From positions 1-25,856 of the forward strand of contig JBKJKS010000239.1 in assembly GCA_046597295.1 (NCBI GenBank): a stretch of DNA of 25,856 nt, read 5' to 3'. The notes beneath the pieces were generated by a model. That model did not search any database. It was not told the origin of the DNA and saw only the letters and a program-made list of their open reading frames with translations. A program made the position numbers and the translations under genes. The DNA is from Saprospiraceae bacterium (GTDB taxonomy: Bacteria; Bacteroidota; Bacteroidia; Chitinophagales; Saprospiraceae). Position 1 is the first letter of the stretch, and each line of letters opens with the position of its first letter. Below are positions 1-6,926 of this stretch, one piece after another.

Positions 1-111
1 GCCCTGGAGATCGAACAGAAGGTCAAGGAGAAACTGGCCTCCGGCAACGTGACGAAGCAAGCCGCCGCCCTGGCGCTGGCCGGCGGAGACGACGGCGAGG
101 AGGATTTCTAA
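1..111 (+). CDS. recA: 3' end of a gene running in from the left edge; probably the RecA C-terminus
   Basis: Frame 1 reads ALEIEQKVKEKLASGNVTKQAAALALAGGDDGEEDF-stop (TAA 109-111). The 'EIEQKVKEKL' helix plus acidic tail resembles the RecA C-terminus. Only 36 aa are visible. A strong terminator follows. Confidence 0.55.
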   Translation, partial: ALEIEQKVKEKLASGNVTKQAAALALAGGDDGEEDF

Positions 112-133
112 GGATTAGCCCGGTGGATATTTG

Positions 134-174
134 AAATAAGCCAGCCCGAAGTTTTCGGGCTGGCTTATTTTTTT
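134..174. terminator. Bidirectional intrinsic terminator
   Basis: 17-bp perfect stem AAATAAGCCAGCCCGAA (134-150) / TTCGGGCTGGCTTATTT (154-170), 3-nt loop, T-run on the right and A-rich left flank. It lies between convergent recA-like and dtd genes. Confidence 0.85.
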
Positions 175-266
175 GAAAGGGCTGTCATCGGCATGAAACT
201 ATTACCAATCAGTCGCTTATGCAGCTTTCACTTCCGAATAAGGCGAAGATTAATTCCAAGGTCCCC

Positions 267-719
267 CTACTCCCGCTGCCTCGAATCCAGCCAGATCGTG
301 ACCGGCCCATCATTGAGCAGCGCCACCTGCATGTCCGCGCCAAATTCGCCGGTAGCCACCGGGCAACCGGATACCTGCCGTAGATTTTCCACGAATTGCT
401 CGTACAGCGGGATGGCCGTCCCGGGCCGGGCCGCCCGGATAAAGGAAGGCCGGTTGCCTTTTTTGGTGCCGGCGAACAGGGTGAACTGCGACACGACCAG
501 AAGTTCGCCGCCGATGTCCTGCACCGAGCGGTTCATCTGCCCCTCCGCGTCGGAAAAGATGCGCATGGCCGCGATTTTCCGGGCGATCCAGTCGCTGTCG
601 GTTGCGTCATCCGTTTCTTCGACGCCCAGCAGCACCAGTAGGCCGGGACCGATGCGGGATTTTTCCAGGCCGCCGATGGTCACCGAGGCCTGTGTAACAC
701 GTTGAATCAAAGCGCGCAT
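267..719 (-). CDS. dtd: D-aminoacyl-tRNA deacylase
   Basis: MRALIQRV start, [30 protein letters not shown] (Gly-cisPro motif); 150 aa. Confidence 0.97.
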   Translation of the reverse strand: MRALIQRVTQASVTIGGLEKSRIGPGLLVLLGVEETDDATDSDWIARKIAAMRIFSDAEGQMNRSVQDIGGELLVVSQFTLFAGTKKGNRPSFIRAARPGTAIPLYEQFVENLRQVSGCPVATGEFGADMQVALLNDGPVTIWLDSRQRE

Positions 720-738
720 AGCAAAGGGTTATTCGTTA

Positions 739-805
739 TAGGTGTGGCATGAATTACGGGAAATTTTTTCCTGAAAAAAATTTCCCGTAATTCATGCCAC
801 ACCTA
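739..805. repeat. 31-bp perfect inverted repeat with 5-nt spacer and TA at both ends (MITE/REP-like)
   Basis: TAGGTGTGGCATGAATTACGGGAAATTTTTT (739-769) is the exact reverse complement of 775-805. It sits in the divergent dtd/RND promoter region. Confidence 0.9.
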
Positions 806-990
806 AGCAAGAAAGGCACAAAATGCAACGTCAACCCGTTTCGGTTCATATTTAGGCTAAAATATGTGAAAAGAACGCGCATGCCAAACCATCTTTGCCA
901 GCATGTGTTCAGGTTTCGCCGGTGCCGAAACTTGGCGATTATGTGCCGCTAGCGCCTGCCTTTCTTTCTTCGCCGCTAATTTTCCTGCAC

Positions 991-3900
991 GTGAATCTTT
1001 CCGACATATCGCTTTCCCGCCCCGTGCTGGCCACTGTCATGAGCATTCTGATCGTGGTTTTCGGGGCCATTGGCTATAGTTTTCTGGGCGTTCGGGAATA
1101 CCCGGCCATCGACCCGCCGAACATCACGGTGCGTACCAACTACACCGGCGCCAATGCCGACGTGATCGAAAGCCAGATCACCGAGCCGCTCGAGAAAGCC
1201 ATCAACGGCATTGCCGGCATCCGCAGCATTTCGAGCTCTTCGGCGCTGGGCAACAGCAACATCAGCGTGGAATTCGACCTGAGCGTGGACCTGGAGCAGG
1301 CCGCCAACGACGTGCGCGACAAGGTGAGCCAGGCCCAACGCAACCTGCCGCAGGACATCGACGCCCCGCCGGTGGTGACCAAGGCCGACGCCTCGGGCGA
1401 TCCGATCCTGTTCGTACCGCTGCAGAGCGCCACGCGCAACATCATGGAGCTGTCGGACTACGCGGAAAACGTGATCGTGGAAAAACTGCAGACCATTCCC
1501 GGCGTGTCGCAGGTGGCCATTTACGGCCAGCGCCGTACGTCCATGCGACTGTGGATGAACCCTGCCCTGCTGGCGGCCTATGGCCTCACCGTGCAGGATG
1601 TGCAGACGGCGCTCAATCGCGAAAACGTGGAGCTGCCGGGCGGCAAGGTGCGCGGCGACGCTACCGAACTCACGGTCAAAGCCTTCGGACGGCTGCAGAC
1701 GGTGGACGATTTCAGCAACATGATCCTGAGCCAGACGGCCGGCCGCACGGTCCGCTTCAAGGACGTCGGCGAGGCGGTCATCGGTCCGGAAAGCGATGAG
1801 ACCGGCGCCCGGCGCAACCTGGTGCAGGGCGTATCGCTGGCGGTCATTCCCCAGCCGGGCAGCAACTGGGTGGAGATCAGCGACGAGTTTTACCGGCGTT
1901 TCGACCAGATCCAAAAGGAGTTACCGTCCGACATGGTGCTCAGCGTCGGCATCGACAAGTCCAAATTCGTAAAACGCGCCCTGTCGGAAGTCACGGAGAC
2001 GCTCTTCATCGCCATCGGCCTGGTGGTGCTCATCATCTACCTCTTCTTCCGCAACTGGGCGATCGCGCTGCGGCCGCTGGTCGATATTCCGGTCTCGCTC
2101 ATCGGTACGTTCTTTATCATGTACCTCTTCGGCTTTTCCATCAATGTGCTCACCCTGCTGGCCATCGTGCTGTCCACCGGCTTGGTGGTAGACGACGGTA
2201 TTGTGGTCACCGAGAATATTTTCAAGAAAATGGAGGCCGGCATGGACAAGTGGACGGCGGCGCGCGAGGGTACGCGGGAAATTTTCTTTGCCGTGGTCAG
2301 TACTTCTATCACGCTGGCGGTGGTCTTCATCCCGGTGATCTTTCTGGAAGGTTTTACCGGGCGTTTGTTCCGCGAGTTCGGCATCGTCGTGGCCGGCGCG
2401 GTGTTGATTTCCGCTTTCGTGTCGCTGACCCTGACCCCCGTGCTGAACGTCAAACTGGGTGGCAATGTGAAGAACCACGGCTGGTTTTATCGCGTTACGG
2501 AGCCTTTTTATGCGGGCATGGACCGGATCTACGGCAACTCCCTGCGGTCGTTCATGCGCTTCCGCTGGGTCAGCCTGATCATTCTGGCAACCTGTTTCAG
2601 TCTCATCTGGTACTTTCAGGGCACGATCAAAAGTGAGCTGGCGCCGCTGGAGGATCGCAGTATCATCCGTACCAACCTGACCGGACCGGAGGGCACGGAC
2701 TTCGATCAGATGGAAAGTACCATTTACAACCTGTCCAAAACCATCATGGACTCCATACCCGAATCCAACATGGTCTTCGGGATCACCGCGCCCGGTTTCG
2801 GCACGGCCAGCACCAACTCCGGTTTCGTCAGCCTGCTGCTGCCCGACCCGAACGAACGCGAACGCAGCCAGCAGCAGATCTACAACCAGCTGCTACGCAT
2901 CACCCGCAGCATGCCGGAGGCACGTATGTTCCCCAGTCAGGAAGAAACGATCACCGTTGGCTTCGGCCGAGGCCTGCCGGTACAGTTCGTGGTGCAAAAC
3001 CTGAACTTTGATAAACTGAAGGAAGTTGTGCCCAAATTCCTGGAGGAGGCGCGCAAGGAAAAGGTGTTCGGCAACGTGGACGTCAACCTGAAATTCAATA
3101 AGCCGGAGCTCCAGGTCTCGATCGACCGGCTGAAAGCGGCGGAACTAGGGGTCAGCATTTTCGACGTGAGCCAGACGCTGCAATTTGCGCTGTCGGGGCG
3201 GCGCTTCGGCTATTTCCTGCAGAACGGCAAGCAGTATCAGGTGATCGGTCAGGTAGACCGGGACGACCGGGACGAGCCGCTGGATCTGGCCGGATTGTAC
3301 GTTCGCAGCAACCGCGGCGAGATGGTGCAGTTGGACAACATCGTGCGTTTTGAAGAGACCAGCAATCCGCCGCAGCTCTACCACTTCAATCGCTACAAGT
3401 CGGCGACCATCAGCGCATCGCTGGCGCCGGGCCGCACCCTCGGCGAAGGCATCGAAGCCATGGAAGCCATTGCCGGCCGGACGCTCGACGATACCTTCGA
3501 CACCGATCTAAGCGGCCCTTCGCGCGACTTCCAGGAAAGCAGCGGTAACACATCGAAGGCTTTTTTACTGGCCCTGTGCCTGATCTACCTCATCCTGGCC
3601 GCGCAATTCGAGAGTTTCCGCGATCCGTTCATCATCATGCTCACCGTGCCGCTGGCCATTGCCGGGGCCTATCTGACCCTGTCCATCACCGGTAACACAT
3701 TCAACATTTTTTCTCAGATTGGCATGATCATGCTGGTCGGCCTGGTCACCAAAAACGGCATTCTGATCGTGGAGTTTGCCAACCAGAAACGCGAGGCGGG
3801 CATGGACCGGCGCACGGCCGTGCTGGAAGCGGCACAGGCCCGCCTGCGGCCCATCCTGATGACCACGCTGGCCACCGTACTGGGCGCCCTGCCCATCGCA

Positions 3901-4107
3901 CTGGCCTTCGGGGCCGCCGCGACCAGCCGTATTCCGCTGGGGGTCGTGGTAGTAGGCGGCCTGCTTTTCTCGCTGGTACTGACCCTGTTCGTGATCCCGG
4001 GCATGTACACCTTCCTGGCAGCGAAGCGACGGGGAAGCGGCGAGCAGGAGTCCGTGCGGAAAGCCAGACCGGAAGAAGTAGAGGCGGAAGCAACGGCAGA
4101 GCGGTGA
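991..4107 (+). CDS. RND efflux permease (AcrB/AcrD/AcrF family)
   Basis: Start reassigned to GTG 991 (MNLSDISLSRPVLATVMS, a typical RND N-terminus); 1038 aa. Proton-relay motifs VVDDGIVVTEN, VTKNGILIVEF and RLRPILMTT are intact. Confidence 0.95.
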   Translation: MNLSDISLSRPVLATVMSILIVVFGAIGYSFLGVREYPAIDPPNITVRTNYTGANADVIESQITEPLEKAINGIAGIRSISSSSALGNSNISVEFDLSVDLEQAANDVRDKVSQAQRNLPQDIDAPPVVTKADASGDPILFVPLQSATRNIMELSDYAENVIVEKLQTIPGVSQVAIYGQRRTSMRLWMNPALLAAYGLTVQDVQTALNRENVELPGGKVRGDATELTVKAFGRLQTVDDFSNMILSQTAGRTVRFKDVGEAVIGPESDETGARRNLVQGVSLAVIPQPGSNWVEISDEFYRRFDQIQKELPSDMVLSVGIDKSKFVKRALSEVTETLFIAIGLVVLIIYLFFRNWAIALRPLVDIPVSLIGTFFIMYLFGFSINVLTLLAIVLSTGLVVDDGIVVTENIFKKMEAGMDKWTAAREGTREIFFAVVSTSITLAVVFIPVIFLEGFTGRLFREFGIVVAGAVLISAFVSLTLTPVLNVKLGGNVKNHGWFYRVTEPFYAGMDRIYGNSLRSFMRFRWVSLIILATCFSLIWYFQGTIKSELAPLEDRSIIRTNLTGPEGTDFDQMESTIYNLSKTIMDSIPESNMVFGITAPGFGTASTNSGFVSLLLPDPNERERSQQQIYNQLLRITRSMPEARMFPSQEETITVGFGRGLPVQFVVQNLNFDKLKEVVPKFLEEARKEKVFGNVDVNLKFNKPELQVSIDRLKAAELGVSIFDVSQTLQFALSGRRFGYFLQNGKQYQVIGQVDRDDRDEPLDLAGLYVRSNRGEMVQLDNIVRFEETSNPPQLYHFNRYKSATISASLAPGRTLGEGIEAMEAIAGRTLDDTFDTDLSGPSRDFQESSGNTSKAFLLALCLIYLILAAQFESFRDPFIIMLTVPLAIAGAYLTLSITGNTFNIFSQIGMIMLVGLVTKNGILIVEFANQKREAGMDRRTAVLEAAQARLRPILMTTLATVLGALPIALAFGAAATSRIPLGVVVVGGLLFSLVLTLFVIPGMYTFLAAKRRGSGEQESVRKARPEEVEAEATAER

Positions 4108-4267
4108 GGCAGCTGATACAATGGCGCCCATTATTCCGCCTGAAGCCGGCTTTTTGCTGCTCCAGAGCCGTTTCCTGTTAAAAAATCCCTAAATCACCGT
4201 TCGGCTTGCCGCCAAACGCGATCTTGTTGCGTCTTGAGGAAAAATCATTTCTAACGCACCACCCATT

Positions 4268-5002
4268 ATGTTGAAAAAATCTCTGCTCTTATGCGTAGCC
4301 CTGCTGGCTACCCAACTGGTTCATGCCCAATTTAGCAATGTTGTCAAAAAAGCGAAAGCTGCCGTAACCAGTGCCGCCAGCGGCGACCTGACCCAGGATG
4401 AAGTCGGCAATGGCCTGAAAGAGGCCCTGAACGCCGGCGTCAGCGAGGCTGCCGATTTCCTGTCGGCCAAAGACGGCTATTTCAAAAGCCCATACAAAAT
4501 CCTGATGCCCGCTGAAGCGCAGAAAGTAGCCGGCAAACTGAAAGCCATTCCAGCCTTTGCCAACGTGGAAGCCGACCTCACCGAGCGCATGAACCGCGCG
4601 GCAGAGGATGCCGCTACGAAGGCCAAGCCTATTTTTCTGGCCGCCATCAAAAAATTGACCTTCCAGGACGCCATGCAGATTCTGACCGGCGATATCACTG
4701 CCGCCACCCAGTATTTGCAAAAGACGACCGCCGATCCGCTGTATGCCGAATTCAAACCCATCATTCAGGAATCGCTGGACAAAGTCAACGCCCGCACCTA
4801 CTGGCGCGATGCCGTATCGGCGTATAACAAACTGCCCTTCGTGACCAAAACCAACCCGGAACTGGACGACCACGTCACCAAAATGGCGCTAATGGGCTTA
4901 TTCAGTCTGGTGGAGGAGAAGGAGAAAGGTATTCGCTCTAATGTGAACCTGCGGAATACCGATCTGCTGCGCAAAGTATTTGCCAAGCAGGACAAGAAGT
5001 AA
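4268..5002 (+). CDS. DUF4197-family secreted/periplasmic protein
   Basis: Signal peptide ending VHA|Q. Motifs GLKEAL, DGYF, MNRAAEDA, DAMQILTG...AATQYL, LDDHVT..ALMGLF..V...EKGIR match DUF4197. Confidence 0.85.
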   Translation: MLKKSLLLCVALLATQLVHAQFSNVVKKAKAAVTSAASGDLTQDEVGNGLKEALNAGVSEAADFLSAKDGYFKSPYKILMPAEAQKVAGKLKAIPAFANVEADLTERMNRAAEDAATKAKPIFLAAIKKLTFQDAMQILTGDITAATQYLQKTTADPLYAEFKPIIQESLDKVNARTYWRDAVSAYNKLPFVTKTNPELDDHVTKMALMGLFSLVEEKEKGIRSNVNLRNTDLLRKVFAKQDKK

Positions 5003-5005
5003 AAG

Positions 5006-5081
5006 GGCAAAAAGGCAAATAAGCAAAAAGGCAATACGGTCACCAGAATCGTATTGCCTTTTTGCTTATTTGCCCCTTGCC
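5006..5081. repeat. Palindrome built from tandem 8-mers; probably also the bidirectional terminator
   Basis: 25-bp perfect arms 5014-5038 / 5050-5074 with an 11-nt loop. The left side is GGCAAAAA GGCAAATA AGCAAAAA GGCAATAC. It fills the gap between convergent stops at 5002 and 5084. Confidence 0.85.
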
Positions 5082-5083
5082 GG

Positions 5084-6697
5084 TTAAATCCACGGCCCCG
5101 CGGCCCGGATTTCCGGATTGACCTGGTCTTCGTATTTTTTAAAGTTTTCCACAAACTCCTGGGCCAGCGACTGCACTTTCCGGTCATAGGCCGACTTATC
5201 GGCCCAGGTGTTGCGCGGATTGAGCAGCTCGGTCGGTACGTTGGGACAAGTGACTGGCATCGCCAGACCGAATACCGGCAGCTGCTCATAGCTCACCTGA
5301 TCGAGTTGGCCGCGCAGGGCAGCCGTGATCATGGCCCGGGTGTAGGCCAGTTTCATGCGGCTGCCGGTGCCGTAGGAGCCGCCGCTCCATCCGGTGTTAA
5401 TGAGCCACACGTTCGCTTTGCTCTTGCGCAGTTTTTTACCCAGCAGGTCGGCATATTTAGCCGGGTGCAAGGGTAGAAACGGCGCGCCGAAGCAAGCCGA
5501 AAAGGTGGTTTTTGGCTCTTTGATCCCCATTTCCGTACCGGCCACTTTGGCGGTATAACCGCTCACGAACAGGTACATCGCCTGCTCGGGGGTCAGTTTG
5601 GAAATGGGCGGTAACACGCCGAACGCATCGCAGGACAGGAAGAAAATGTGCTTCGGGTCTCCGTCGGCCCGGCTGGGACAGACCGCATTATCAATGTGGT
5701 AGATCGGGTACGATACGCGCGTATTCTCCGTAATGCTGCGATCGGCGTAATCTACCGTGCGGGTGTTGGGCAGAAAGGCAACGTTCTCCAGAATAGCGCC
5801 GTGGCGGATGGCACGGTAAATATCCGGCTCCTTTTCCTCGGTGAGGTCGATGGTTTTGGCGTAGCAGCCGCCTTCGAAATTGAAGACCTCGTTCTCGACC
5901 CAGGCGTGCTCATCATCGCCGATGAGCGGTCGGTCGGGGTCGGCGCTGAGGGTCGTTTTGCCGGTACCGGACAGGCCGAAGAACAGGGCGATATCGCCCG
6001 CTTGGCCCACATTCGCCGAACAGTGCATCGGAAGGGCCTCCTTACCCCGGATCGGGAGCACAAAATTGATCACTGAAAACACCCCCTTTTTGATCTCCCC
6101 GGTGTAGCCCGTGCCGCCGATCAGCAGCTGCCGTTTCCTGACGTTGATGATGGCAAAGTTAGGCTGGCGGGTACCGTCGGTGGCCGGATCGGCCTGCATA
6201 CCGGGCACGCAGAGAATCGTCCAGCGCGGTTCAAAGGCCAGCAGCTCTGCCCAGTCCGGACGCAGGAACATATTGTTGGCAAATTGATTACTCCAGGGTA
6301 ATTCTGTTATCACCCGCAGGCGGAGGTGGTAGTCGGGATTGATGCTTGCATTGGCCCGCACGTCGCGCACGTAAACGTCCTTTTTTTTCAGGTAGGCACA
6401 GGCTTTGCGCCAAAGGCGGTCGAATTTGCGGGAATCGAAGGGTAAATTCACCTTGCCCCAATTGACCTTGTTTTTGGTTTCGCTGTCCATGACGATGAAG
6501 CGGTCTTCCGGGGAGCGGCCCGTGAATTCACCGGTGTTGATCACCAGGGCGCCGCTATCGGCCAATTGGCCCATACCTTTCATGATCGAATGCTCAACGA
6601 GCTCTTCGGCACTCAGATTCCAGTAGGCGGTTTTGTAGGCTTTCAGGCCAATGCTGTCGAGGGTGGCTGCGGGGTTTTTTACGCCGGCTTCTTGCAT
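5084..6697 (-). CDS. pckA: Phosphoenolpyruvate carboxykinase (ATP)
   Basis: Start reassigned to ATG 6697 (MQEAGVKN..., 537 aa). Motifs TGEFTGRSPEDRFIV, GGTGYTGEIKKG, FFGLSGTGKTTLS (P-loop), LIGDDEH, NFEGGCYAK, FSACFGAPF, LINTGW. Confidence 0.97.
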   Translation of the reverse strand: MQEAGVKNPAATLDSIGLKAYKTAYWNLSAEELVEHSIMKGMGQLADSGALVINTGEFTGRSPEDRFIVMDSETKNKVNWGKVNLPFDSRKFDRLWRKACAYLKKKDVYVRDVRANASINPDYHLRLRVITELPWSNQFANNMFLRPDWAELLAFEPRWTILCVPGMQADPATDGTRQPNFAIINVRKRQLLIGGTGYTGEIKKGVFSVINFVLPIRGKEALPMHCSANVGQAGDIALFFGLSGTGKTTLSADPDRPLIGDDEHAWVENEVFNFEGGCYAKTIDLTEEKEPDIYRAIRHGAILENVAFLPNTRTVDYADRSITENTRVSYPIYHIDNAVCPSRADGDPKHIFFLSCDAFGVLPPISKLTPEQAMYLFVSGYTAKVAGTEMGIKEPKTTFSACFGAPFLPLHPAKYADLLGKKLRKSKANVWLINTGWSGGSYGTGSRMKLAYTRAMITAALRGQLDQVSYEQLPVFGLAMPVTCPNVPTELLNPRNTWADKSAYDRKVQSLAQEFVENFKKYEDQVNPEIRAAGPWI

Positions 6698-6781
6698 AAA
6701 TGCGCTTTTAAATTGGTTAGGTGGACAAAAGACGGGAGGTCTTGCGCGGATAAAAGTGGTGGTGGACCGCGAAAGTGGGGG

Positions 6782-6789
6782 CGAAGATA
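6782..6789 (-). promoter_or_regulatory. Possible Bacteroidota sigma-A -7 box variant for pckA
   Basis: Minus strand TATCTTCG, one mismatch to TAnnTTTG, about 85 nt upstream of the ATG. No clear -33 box. Confidence 0.35.
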
Positions 6790-6851
6790 CGGCGGCAGGC
6801 TTTTGATTTTTACGCGACCGGTTAATTATTGACGCCGGGCGGACAGGCACG

Positions 6852-6889
6852 GCTCCGCTGCCCGGCCCGGGTGGGGCAGGCAGCGGAGC
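6852..6889. other. GC-rich hairpin downstream of the CHAT gene
   Basis: GCTCCGCTGCC (6852-6862) / GGCAGCGGAGC (6879-6889) plus an inner 4-bp stem; no U-tract on either side. Confidence 0.6.
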
Positions 6890-6926
6890 AGCATTGGAGC
6901 GGTACATAGTTGTCGGAAATGTTCGG

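Noticed and set aside
895-990. N-terminal extensions in the ORF track for RND, pckA (6698-6907), PKD protein (11558-11623), sigma (11655-11753), patatin (13470-13760), obgE, LOG and radA
   Set aside because: The extensions are non-homologous and run over promoter boxes, hairpins or signal-peptide positions; the downstream starts match family N-termini.
976-1914. 312-aa ORF antisense to the RND gene, and similar long antisense ORFs at 4289-4873, 12377-13228, 16644-17576, 22344-23195 and 24016-25164
   Set aside because: Shadow ORFs opposite well-supported genes, expected in GC-rich coding DNA; no recognisable motifs.
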